From: Gammaproteobacteria bacterium
GTDB lineage: Bacteria > Pseudomonadota > Gammaproteobacteria > CAKMZV01
Length of the DNA: 64,000 bases
NCBI GenBank assembly: GCA_965219665.1
Contig: CBDCOD010000023.1
Span: 56,114 to 120,113 of the forward strand
Direction of reading: 5' to 3'
Part shown: positions 30,801-38,938 of the stretch, piece after piece
Layout: each line of letters begins with the position of its first letter
Numbering within the stretch: position 1 is the stretch's first letter
The notes under the pieces: generated by a model
What the model was told of the DNA's origin: nothing
Database searches by the model: none
What the model saw: the letters and a program-made list of their open reading frames with translations, nothing else
Position numbers and translations under genes: made by a program

Positions 30801-31246
30801 CCAGTGAAATAAATTTGGGCTTTAGTGCTATTATTCCCGATGAATATATAGATGATGTTCCTACTAGACTACAGTTCTACCAGCGCATGAATAGTACGCA
30901 AAATATACAAGAATTAGATGTTATACGTGCAGAGCTGCTTGACCGGTTCGGTAGTATTCCACAAGTATTAGAAATGCTTTTTGAAACGCATAGTATTAGG
31001 CATAGAATAGGTAATATGGGCATAAAGCGCATTGATGCATTTGCAGAAAGAATCTACTTTGAGTTATATGATAGCGCACATTTTAATCATGAGGCACTCG
31101 TTCAACATTTACAGGAAAAGCCCTCAATATGGAATATGAAAAGTCCGAAAATTTTGCAGATTAAACGAAACACTACAGATGCTGAACAGCGCATTGCCGA
31201 AGTCATACAAGTGATTGACATACTCAAGCCAAATAGAACCAAATAG
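27830..31246 (+). CDS. mfd: Transcription-repair coupling factor Mfd
   Basis: 1138 aa with a UvrB-homology N-terminus, a RecG-like helicase core (GDVGFGKTEVA, DEEHRFG) and a TRG motif. Confidence 0.95.
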   Translation: MQRVGNVTTGSFAYYLAQNIDATAQSLIIEKDIYQAQRTAALLRMFQPKWHVELFPDYETLPFDSVSPPIECISQRFRVLRALAEGENIIVVASCSTAMHYLPPKPWLVDAHFSYKTGDTLDTQQFSNQLVNAGYSLVSTVLDAGQFAVRGAIFDLFPVGSPHPFRLELFDNICESIRIFDVESQRTISLCDSISMLPTQAIELSESNIMHFRSMFYQKFPNSIRHDSYRSISDGKVFAGIEYFIPWLHQQPLDTLWDYMQESCQCFYAPSVKKSAQQFEKNYRQRYSSMIDFEQIALDPSLLFLTYKELLDAPKMHAQWLYVDKQPDSHNASLQKIPALAYGFKGIKHLQKQHAQNIICAVESARYVEQCRNELGQLGIISQVADSWQQAKEFNLAQQGVALIIAPIEKGFIDTEKQLVVLSQLELFDQPAIFEQKSTTQQSQVQHKDFQTALHSISQLEIGSPVVHIEYGVGRYDGLHTVNTSDEQQQDFIRVLYAEQESLYLPIAGTSLLSPYIGNPDEAPLHKLTANRAWKREREKAEKNVEDIAAHLLDAHARRTMHSSKSIMPDERYQKFCTLCPFIETEGQQKAIQDVLTDMKSNIPMDRLVCGDVGFGKTEVAIRAAFVAASAGVQVALLVPTTLLANQHYEQFQDRMTGWPIRIGLLSRLQNSSENESVLERLRAGKLDIVIGTHRLLQKDVQFPQLGLLIIDEEHRFGVKQKEQFKHMRSQVNILAMTATPIPRTLNIAFSKLREISVIATPPPGRVSIKTFVRNWDNALIKTAIERELQRGGQVFFVHNNIKSLQRIKHDLQKILPAAQIGIAHGQMVEREMAQVMADFHHQRQHVLLCTTIIENGIDMANVNTIIINRADQFGLAQLHQLRGRVGRSTHQAYAYFITPDITQIKTDAKKRLNAIAKAHDLGAGFQLAIQDLEIRGAGELLGDQQKGHIQKIGFNLYMEMLARAVDNLSVTSEGNAQKSSTQAVADIKLPSEINLGFSAIIPDEYIDDVPTRLQFYQRMNSTQNIQELDVIRAELLDRFGSIPQVLEMLFETHSIRHRIGNMGIKRIDAFAERIYFELYDSAHFNHEALVQHLQEKPSIWNMKSPKILQIKRNTTDAEQRIAEVIQVIDILKPNRTK

Positions 31247-31298
31247 CAGTGATACACAATAGGTTGCCTTGTTATAATACGCGGCGCTTTCATTTAGT

Positions 31299-31375
31299 GG
31301 CGGACGTAGCTCAGTAGGTAGAGCACAAGATTGTGACTCTTGTGGTCGCGGGTTCGATCCCCGTCGTTCGCCCCA
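31299..31375 (+). tRNA. tRNA-His (anticodon GTG) with G-1 and CCA
   Basis: Cloverleaf folded by hand: acceptor GCGGACG/CGTTCGC, extra G at -1, anticodon loop TTGTGAC, T-loop TTCGATC, discriminator C and encoded CCA. Confidence 0.85.
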
Positions 31376-31427
31376 TACACATATATAATATAAGGTACAA
31401 AGAGAACAGCACTTAAAAATCAGTATT

Positions 31428-31455
31428 ATTCGTGATTATTTACATAATCACGAAT
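31428..31455. other. Perfect 12-bp-arm inverted repeat ATTCGTGATTAT-ttac-ATAATCACGAAT, 53 nt downstream of tRNA-His
   Basis: Seen directly. The stem is AT-rich and the downstream T-tract is weak on both strands. Confidence 0.3.
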
Positions 31456-31512
31456 GTATAAAAATAATATATATCAATAACATAACCAAAAAATAACATA
31501 GCCTTAATATAA

Positions 31513-32652
31513 ATGAGCGTTCAACTCATTATTTTCTCCACAGTTGCATTTAGTATGATGTGGCTCATACATGCGTATGTTTTTCACCGCCTACAGTTTT
31601 GGTTACAATTTAAATTACCTCGACACACGTGGAAAGTAATCACACTGTATGCAGCCAGTATATTACTATATAAGTTTTATTACGAAAGTCGCTTAGTTCC
31701 CGAGTTAACGGCTATTATGCGCTCTTGGTACATTGTTATTGGCTGGTTTATTCTTGGTGCCTGTCTGTTTCTTATAGCTGACGTAATTCGTCTATTGACT
31801 TTTGTGCTTTCTGCCTATCATCCTATTCGCATGCTGCACAACCGTTTGAAAACGGCTTCAGCTGGCTGGGTCATGCTACTGCTGATTACAAGCTTATCTG
31901 CCTATGGGCATTATCAATTTAGACAGCCAATTACTGTTGAAAGCTACGTGCTACATTCTGCAAAGATTAGCAAGCCGCAGCATATTATCCACATGAGTGA
32001 CTTGCAGTTAGGTAGCACTTCACCAGAATATCTTATTAGTGTAGCTGAAACGATAACAGCAATCGTAGATAAATATCCCAGTGATGAGCCTATTTTAGCC
32101 GTTCTTAACACGGGTGATCACGTGGACACATCAAACTACACAAAGCAGCAACTTGCACCACTGGCTTTTGAGCATTTGCCAACTCTTTTTTCATTGGGTA
32201 ATCATGAGTTTTACCATGGGCATAATCGCTTAATGCGCATATTGCAAGAATTAGGCTACACAATATTACGCAGCAGTAGTGAAACATTATCCGAGTTGAA
32301 TGTTATTGGCATTGACGATAGTACAAACCCCGATCAAGTTAATCGAATATTGCAAAACAATACGGCACTTGTTGATAAAAACAAGTTCAATATCCTAATG
32401 TATCATCGCCCTGTTGGCGTCAAAGATGCTGCACGTAATGGTATTGATCTGATGCTCAGTGGTCATACTCATGGTGGACAATTTTTTCCTTTTACTTTAG
32501 TCGTTGAATGGATGTTTGGTGTGCCACAAGGTTTATCTAAGCACGATAATATGTGGCTTCATTTGAGCGATGGCGCGGGTCTTTGGGGACCTAGTCTGCG
32601 CTTGGGAACGAGAAATGAACTGGCTGTAATCAGCATTATGCCCGATGCCTAA
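31513..32652 (+). CDS. Membrane-anchored calcineurin-like metallophosphoesterase
   Basis: Four N-terminal TM helices, then phosphoesterase motifs (HMSDLQ, GDHVD, GNHE, GHTHGGQ). Confidence 0.7.
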   Translation: MSVQLIIFSTVAFSMMWLIHAYVFHRLQFWLQFKLPRHTWKVITLYAASILLYKFYYESRLVPELTAIMRSWYIVIGWFILGACLFLIADVIRLLTFVLSAYHPIRMLHNRLKTASAGWVMLLLITSLSAYGHYQFRQPITVESYVLHSAKISKPQHIIHMSDLQLGSTSPEYLISVAETITAIVDKYPSDEPILAVLNTGDHVDTSNYTKQQLAPLAFEHLPTLFSLGNHEFYHGHNRLMRILQELGYTILRSSSETLSELNVIGIDDSTNPDQVNRILQNNTALVDKNKFNILMYHRPVGVKDAARNGIDLMLSGHTHGGQFFPFTLVVEWMFGVPQGLSKHDNMWLHLSDGAGLWGPSLRLGTRNELAVISIMPDA

Positions 32653-33136
32653 ATGGATTAAACATTTATTAGAATGGGGATTATGGGGCATATTATTTTG
32701 TGCCATTTTTTTTGGTGTGCAAATTTGGCGCAACCAAGATACGGGCACTTCCATGCCTACTTGGCAGCTAAGCGATTTACAACAGCAAACAGTTAATGCT
32801 CCTGCAAATGGGGCATATATCGTCCATTTTTTTGCTGAATGGTGCCCTATTTGTAAAGTGGGATATAGTAATTTTGTAGATTTGGCGCAAGACTATCCAG
32901 TTATCCATATAGCTACTTTTAGCGAATCAACTGCCGCCTTGCGAGCTTTTTTAATAGAAAATGGCTATCCGCTTACTGTGGCAGTTGACCGTGACAGCCA
33001 GCTGGCCAAACAATTGAATATTCACGGTGTACCTACCACTTTAATTGTCAAACAGGACGGCACTATCGCTTATACACATAGCGGGTATATGCCTAAATGG
33101 CTGTTAAAACTGATGTTTATTTTCGTCTACAGTTGA
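32645..33136 (+). CDS. Membrane-anchored thioredoxin-like (TlpA/DsbE-like) protein
   Basis: N-terminal TM and a CxxC active site FFAEWCPICK. The start overlaps the phosphoesterase gene by 8 nt. Confidence 0.65.
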   Translation: MPKWIKHLLEWGLWGILFCAIFFGVQIWRNQDTGTSMPTWQLSDLQQQTVNAPANGAYIVHFFAEWCPICKVGYSNFVDLAQDYPVIHIATFSESTAALRAFLIENGYPLTVAVDRDSQLAKQLNIHGVPTTLIVKQDGTIAYTHSGYMPKWLLKLMFIFVYS

Positions 33137-33157
33137 AAGTGTACTACTTTGAGTAAC

Positions 33158-33234
33158 TGGTCGGGACGGCAGGATTTGAACCTGCGACCCCCACAACCCC
33201 ATTGTGGTGCGCTACCAGGCTGCGCTACGCCCCG
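33158..33234 (-). tRNA. tRNA-Pro (anticodon GGG)
   Basis: Reverse complement folds as acceptor CGGGGCG/CGTCCCG (C1:G72), anticodon stem CCACA/TGTGG, loop ATGGGGT, T-loop TTCAAAT and CCA. Confidence 0.85.
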
Positions 33235-33261
33235 AAAAGGCGCCATTGTACGCTGTTCTAT

Positions 33262-33498
33262 TCATTTATGTTTATCTGTGGCACTATTTGAAGGCACTGG
33301 ATCGTATCCTTGCCCGCCCCAAGGATGACAGCGCAGTAAGCGTCCTACCCCTAGCCTGAGTCCATGTGCCACACCGTGCTGCTCTAATGCTTCTACTAAG
33401 TAAGCAGAACAACTGGGGAAGTAGCGGCATCTATTTCCTAAAATGGGGCTGATGATTAGTTGGTAGATTCGTACTACTATGATAATAATTCTGGCCAT
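33262..33498 (-). CDS. yidD: Membrane protein insertion efficiency factor YidD
   Basis: 78 aa. [22 protein letters not shown]...[12 protein letters not shown] is the YidD signature. Confidence 0.85.
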   Translation of the reverse strand: MARIIIIVVRIYQLIISPILGNRCRYFPSCSAYLVEALEQHGVAHGLRLGVGRLLRCHPWGGQGYDPVPSNSATDKHK

Positions 33499-33753
33499 AC
33501 TATTACTTGCTCATCTAACAATCAAACGTAACGAGAGACGTAGCTGCCCATTGCTGAGTTACTGTTAGGGGGTGCATTGTACTACTGCTAGCATGTACTA
33601 GTTCCGCGAATAACTGCAAACAAAAGGATGTGAGAAGTTAAAAAAAATGTTATGTTTGTTAAGGTGGCGTTATAGAATGACGCTAAGGAAATTGTGACAC
33701 AAATGGCACAATTGGATTACTATTGACCACTTACTATTGACCACACATCACTT

Positions 33754-34371
33754 ATGAAATTATTTGCTTCCCCAACTTCTCCGTACACTCGTTTAGTTCG
33801 AGTCGTTTTAGATATTCTGGACACGCCAGTTGAGTTGATTATGCTTAACCCACACGAGCGACCACAAGAGTTACTGGCTTACAATCCTCTTTCTACTATT
33901 CCAACTTTAGTGTTGGATGATGGTACTGCTTTAGTAGACAGCCGTTTAATTATGCGCTTTCTACAAAGGATATCTGTAGATGCCTCCACTCAGAAACAGT
34001 TATTCTTAACAGAAGATGATTGGCAGGGATTAAGCCACTTAGAATTACTGCATGGCGCTATTGAGTATACTGTAAGCATGGCCATGGAATCTCTGATGCG
34101 CGAGTCTGATCATCAAAGTGAGCGCGTATATAAAATGGCTTGGCTCTCTATTCGGCGTATACTGGATTTATTTGAGCAAAAAGTGATTGATTTACCAGAA
34201 GAATTAGATTTAACACACATTTATCTAATGGTACTATTGGATTATATAGATTTGCGTGCAGAAGCAGCACATGTTAATACCTATTGTTTGTGGAGAACAG
34301 AGTATCCATTAATTTCAGCTTGGCATGAAGCGCACCAATCTTTATCTTGCTATACTAAGACTAGAGCCTAA
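33754..34371 (+). CDS. Glutathione S-transferase-like protein
   Basis: Thioredoxin-like GST N-domain (SPYTRLVRVVL...IPTLVLDD) and a helical C-domain. Confidence 0.55.
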   Translation: MKLFASPTSPYTRLVRVVLDILDTPVELIMLNPHERPQELLAYNPLSTIPTLVLDDGTALVDSRLIMRFLQRISVDASTQKQLFLTEDDWQGLSHLELLHGAIEYTVSMAMESLMRESDHQSERVYKMAWLSIRRILDLFEQKVIDLPEELDLTHIYLMVLLDYIDLRAEAAHVNTYCLWRTEYPLISAWHEAHQSLSCYTKTRA

Positions 34372-34374
34372 GTC

Positions 34375-35565
34375 ATGCCCGATATTTTTAGTACATTACA
34401 GATTGGCACTGCAGCGGCAGGCATAAAAAAAGCAGGTATAGATTGCGTGGTAATCATCCTGCCTAAAAACAGTTGTAGTGCAGTTATTTTTACACAAAAT
34501 CAATATTGTGCTGCTCCTGTGACAGTTGGTCGTCAACATATTAGCCAGACAAATAACTGCCGTGCTTTATTGGTTAACAGTGGTAACGCTAATTGTGGTT
34601 TAGGGGAAGCAGGTATAGCAGTTGCTCATGATAGTGCCAATTATGTTGCAGAACGCATTGGTTGCAATGCCAATCAAGTATTGCCTTTCTCTACAGGCGT
34701 TATCAATCAACCCCTACCCTACTCTACTATAAAGGCAGGGATTGACGGGTGTTTCAAGCGGTTAGGGGAACAAAGTTTAGGCGATGCAGCCACTGCAATT
34801 ATGACAACAGATACTGTGTCCAAACAAGCACAGCAGAGTGCACAAGTTGGTGATTACAGCATTCATGTTGCAGGGATTGCTAAAGGTTCTGGTATGATTC
34901 ACCCTAATATGGCAACCATGCTTGCTTTCTTATTTACTAATGTGACTATGCCGGCTGCGCTGCTACAAAAAGCATTGAAACACGCTGCTGATCAAACTTT
35001 TAATCGAATTAGTGTAGATGGTGACACTTCAACCAATGATGCCTGCACTCTAAGCACAGTAACAGATTCTAATTGTGTTATAGAAGATGAACACAGTCCG
35101 CTATGGCAGCCGTTCATAGACGTATTAACCTCAGTATGCAAGGATTTAGCTATAGCTATAGTGGATGATGCTGAAGGGGCTACCAAGCGCTTTTTTATAC
35201 AAGTAGAAAGTTGTCAAAGCGAGCAGGAAGGATTACAAGCTGCTTATACAATTGCTCATTCTCCTTTAGTAAAAACTGCTTTATTTGCCGGCGATCCCAA
35301 CTTAGGGCGGATTGCCGCAGCTTTGGGTAGGAGCGGTATTGAAAATATTGATTGGGATAAAGTCAATATGTATCTAGGAAATGAATGTATTATGGAAAAA
35401 GGCAAGTTACCAGTCAGTTATTGTGAGGACGCTTTACAAGAAATAATGAGCAATCGGTGTATTGATTTGCGCATTGAGCTAAATCGTGGTACGCAGCGTG
35501 CACATGTCTGGAGTTGTGATTTATCCTACGAATACGTCAAAATCAATGCGGAATATCGTTCATAG
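34375..35565 (+). CDS. argJ: Bifunctional ornithine acetyltransferase / N-acetylglutamate synthase ArgJ
   Basis: Autoproteolytic ATML site (MIHPNMATMLAFLFTN) and an ArgJ beta-chain. Confidence 0.9.
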   Translation: MPDIFSTLQIGTAAAGIKKAGIDCVVIILPKNSCSAVIFTQNQYCAAPVTVGRQHISQTNNCRALLVNSGNANCGLGEAGIAVAHDSANYVAERIGCNANQVLPFSTGVINQPLPYSTIKAGIDGCFKRLGEQSLGDAATAIMTTDTVSKQAQQSAQVGDYSIHVAGIAKGSGMIHPNMATMLAFLFTNVTMPAALLQKALKHAADQTFNRISVDGDTSTNDACTLSTVTDSNCVIEDEHSPLWQPFIDVLTSVCKDLAIAIVDDAEGATKRFFIQVESCQSEQEGLQAAYTIAHSPLVKTALFAGDPNLGRIAAALGRSGIENIDWDKVNMYLGNECIMEKGKLPVSYCEDALQEIMSNRCIDLRIELNRGTQRAHVWSCDLSYEYVKINAEYRS

Positions 35566-35590
35566 TAGTTTGTATGCAACTTGAAAGACC

Positions 35591-38500
35591 ATGAAAAGGG
35601 ATCAATCACTATCACAAACACCTCAATTTGATATTCTAAATACACCACTAAATACGACTGGTTTTCACTTATTAGAAGCCAGTGCAGGCAGTGGCAAGAC
35701 ATATTCTATTAGCTTTATTGTTCTGCGTCTGCTTGTTGAATTACAAGCGCCTGTAGAACAAATACTCATCACAACGTTTACCCGCGCAGCAACTGCCGAA
35801 TTACGCTTACGTATTCGTCAGGTGTTGCAGAATGCATTATATGCCTTAAGCAATAAGCCTATACAAGAGGCATTGATTCAGACATGGGCTAATAATATCC
35901 AAGATAAAAAGGCAGCTTGCAATGTGCTGCGCAACGCGTATCTTCAAATGGAGCGCTTTAATATCCTATCTAATGATGGGTTATTTCAATATCTTATCCA
36001 TTATCACCTACCCCAATTAGAGTACGCTATCCCTGAGAGCAATCCTATCAACATTCGTAATATCTTACCTGATATAAATAGGCGTTTGCATCATCAGAGT
36101 TGGCAAGTATGGCAACAGCACTCAACGCGCGCGGGCAATCTATTTATTTTGTTATTTCCTCTACCCTACTCCAAAATAGAAACAGAGCACTGCCATTTAC
36201 CAAGTGCCCATCAAACATTAGAAGACCATCAGACACTACAAAAAACTATTTGTAATTTGCTTGATAGCTGTGACTATTCTGAGATTATCCAAGCCATGCA
36301 GATGCTGTCTCAGGATAAAAACATCAATATGAATAAAAAGAATATTCTTTTAGAACTGCTAAATATCGCGCAAGCACTACATACAAACACGCCCTGCTCT
36401 CTTACGCGCTTTAAGTCGTGGTTGGGCAGAGAGAAAGGCGTTCCACGAGCACAGGATATAGCTAAAAAAGCAGGTATTGAGCATGTGGAAAAAATGTTGG
36501 CAGATTGCACTGCTTTGAGCGTTTTTCATCAATTACATTCACTATTCAACCGATATAAAGATGCACAAATTGTGCACTGGTTTGGGCAAATAGCATCGCA
36601 ATGCTATTTATTCATGCACAAGACCAACCAATGGAGTTATGATAGCGTGCAGTACCATTTGGCGAATCACGTCCAAGAAAATGCACATTCACCGATTAAG
36701 GGCGCTTTTAAGCATGTTGTTATTGACGAGTTTCAAGATACCAGCACGCGCCAATGGTCGGTGCTGAAACATTTAATTAACCCAGCAGAAGGCAGCGCTT
36801 TTCTTATTGGTGATCCTAAGCAAGCTATTTATCGTTTTCGCGCAGCGGATTTATCTGTGTATTTTCAGGCAAAAGAACTATGCAGCCATATCTATACACT
36901 CCCTTTTAATTGGCGTTCACAGCCAAAGGTTATTGACGCTTTTAATCAAATTTTTAACCTGGAAAACAGCTTTGGTAATCAGTTCATAGAATATAGTCCT
37001 GCTTTGCCAAGAATACAGCAAGATACAGGCAGTGCACAGTTTGTTTATTGGTCGCAAATTCAGGAGAATGAAAAAGAGTCTCTTGCAAGCGTAACAGATG
37101 GTACGCGTAATTCGCAATTGCATCAGGAAATTGTTTATCAGTGCCAGAAGAGCTTGCAAGATGGAGTTATGCCAGAGGATATCCTCATTCTGGTTGATAC
37201 AAATGACAGGGCAACTAAAATCCATCAAACTTTAATGTTCTACGGCATCCCATCAACTTATTCACGTAATAAAGATATTAAAATCTACCAAGATCGTATG
37301 CTGTGGCTAATTGATAGTATACAAAAACCACATCACGCAAATTATGCTTTTCAACGCGGGGTGTTATTATGCGATAAGCAAAGTATTCAAAGTGCTATTG
37401 ATATAGCACCATTGCTTCAGAAACTGCCCTCTATTTATGCAAAAAGCAGTTTATTAGGTGTTTGGCAGTACCTATTAGACAATACATCTATTTGCCAAAA
37501 TTGGGAGAAACAAGGGGAGAAATTTGGTCTAAAAGTCATGCAACAATGCTGTGAATATTTACAGAAGTATATACATGATACACTGGTAAAAAATGATTAT
37601 CAGCAGTTGGTAGAGGAGGCATTCCGTTTTTTTGAGCAAGATGTGAACTTATCCTTGCAAAATAATAGTGTCCGCATATTAACATATTTTGGGGCAAAGG
37701 GCTTAGAAGCAAAAATTGTTATATGCCCTTATATCTTATCCTATCCTAAAGTATCAAAGAAAAAATCACCTTATTTTCTTACTAATCAACATAATCAATC
37801 AATATCAATTGATGTGCTATCTGAGTCCCCTCCAGAAGAATATGAACAAGAATACATAAATGAACAATTTAGGCTGAGTTACGTAGCGATCACACGCGCT
37901 TGCGATAAATTGATTGTTTTTGTATATGATGTTGACAGCAAGAATACAAAGAGTGCAAGAGAAATTATGCCTCTGTTCCAAACAAAATTGATTGAACAGC
38001 AAGACATGGATACTTGGAAAAATACGCTAGAAAAATGGACTTTTGTCCCCGCACAAGACCCCCAACAGTTATTTCCTCAGAGGGTGACAGCAGAGCATAG
38101 TGAGGAAGAGATTTTAAAAGCGATACAAGTTAACAAATATTATAAAAGCAGTTTCACAAGTTTTGTAAGCAGTGCAAAACACAGCCCTATTAAAGTATCG
38201 ACAATAGCAACAGAAGCAGAAACAGTAGCACATTATCCTGAGTTACCTAGGGGTGGGATGACAGGAAATGCAGTGCATGCTATTCTGGAGTTTTTACTTA
38301 CTGATAGTGAAGCACTGTCTGGCAAGATAGATGAGCACAGAAGTTTCATCCAGAAGATTATGGGTACCCATAATCTTGCTATTCATCACATGCCACTTTT
38401 AGAAAAAACATTATCTGAAATTATGCACTGCCCTATCCCACATTTAGGCAATGCCAGTTTAGCATCATTAGCTATAAACTGTGATATTCAGACAGAAATG

Positions 38501-38938
38501 CCTTTTAAATTGTTTGTTCCCAATGCACTTGAACAAAAGAAAATATCGCAGTTATATCAACAATATAAACAACAATGGGGCTTGAAAATGCCTCCTAATA
38601 CTTTAGCTGCTGGTTTATTTAGTGGCATTATTGATTTGGTAGTAGAGATAAACGGTGTATATTGGATTATAGACTATAAGACTAACTGGCTCCAAAGTTA
38701 CACGGACAAGAGCTTGTCACAAAGCATGCAAGATAACTACTATGGCTGGCAAGCTAGTTTTTATTTGTTAGCATTACATCGTTATTTACAGCGTGCACTC
38801 CCAAACTATGACATTAATAAGCATCTTGGGGGCGCACTCTATTTTTTTGTGCGTGGCATTGGTAAAGAAGATAACAATGGCATCTATTTACTGCCCACAA
38901 ATCTCAACTGGATAGAAGATTTAGATCGTGCAGTTTAG
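35591..38938 (+). CDS. recB: RecB-like UvrD-family helicase with C-terminal PD-(D/E)XK nuclease
   Basis: N-terminus LLEASAGSGKTYSI...ITTFTRAATAELRLRIR parallels RecB. The C-terminal nuclease motif GIIDLVVEINGVYWIIDYKTNW matches the RecB nuclease site. Confidence 0.75.
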   Translation: MKRDQSLSQTPQFDILNTPLNTTGFHLLEASAGSGKTYSISFIVLRLLVELQAPVEQILITTFTRAATAELRLRIRQVLQNALYALSNKPIQEALIQTWANNIQDKKAACNVLRNAYLQMERFNILSNDGLFQYLIHYHLPQLEYAIPESNPINIRNILPDINRRLHHQSWQVWQQHSTRAGNLFILLFPLPYSKIETEHCHLPSAHQTLEDHQTLQKTICNLLDSCDYSEIIQAMQMLSQDKNINMNKKNILLELLNIAQALHTNTPCSLTRFKSWLGREKGVPRAQDIAKKAGIEHVEKMLADCTALSVFHQLHSLFNRYKDAQIVHWFGQIASQCYLFMHKTNQWSYDSVQYHLANHVQENAHSPIKGAFKHVVIDEFQDTSTRQWSVLKHLINPAEGSAFLIGDPKQAIYRFRAADLSVYFQAKELCSHIYTLPFNWRSQPKVIDAFNQIFNLENSFGNQFIEYSPALPRIQQDTGSAQFVYWSQIQENEKESLASVTDGTRNSQLHQEIVYQCQKSLQDGVMPEDILILVDTNDRATKIHQTLMFYGIPSTYSRNKDIKIYQDRMLWLIDSIQKPHHANYAFQRGVLLCDKQSIQSAIDIAPLLQKLPSIYAKSSLLGVWQYLLDNTSICQNWEKQGEKFGLKVMQQCCEYLQKYIHDTLVKNDYQQLVEEAFRFFEQDVNLSLQNNSVRILTYFGAKGLEAKIVICPYILSYPKVSKKKSPYFLTNQHNQSISIDVLSESPPEEYEQEYINEQFRLSYVAITRACDKLIVFVYDVDSKNTKSAREIMPLFQTKLIEQQDMDTWKNTLEKWTFVPAQDPQQLFPQRVTAEHSEEEILKAIQVNKYYKSSFTSFVSSAKHSPIKVSTIATEAETVAHYPELPRGGMTGNAVHAILEFLLTDSEALSGKIDEHRSFIQKIMGTHNLAIHHMPLLEKTLSEIMHCPIPHLGNASLASLAINCDIQTEMPFKLFVPNALEQKKISQLYQQYKQQWGLKMPPNTLAAGLFSGIIDLVVEINGVYWIIDYKTNWLQSYTDKSLSQSMQDNYYGWQASFYLLALHRYLQRALPNYDINKHLGGALYFFVRGIGKEDNNGIYLLPTNLNWIEDLDRAV

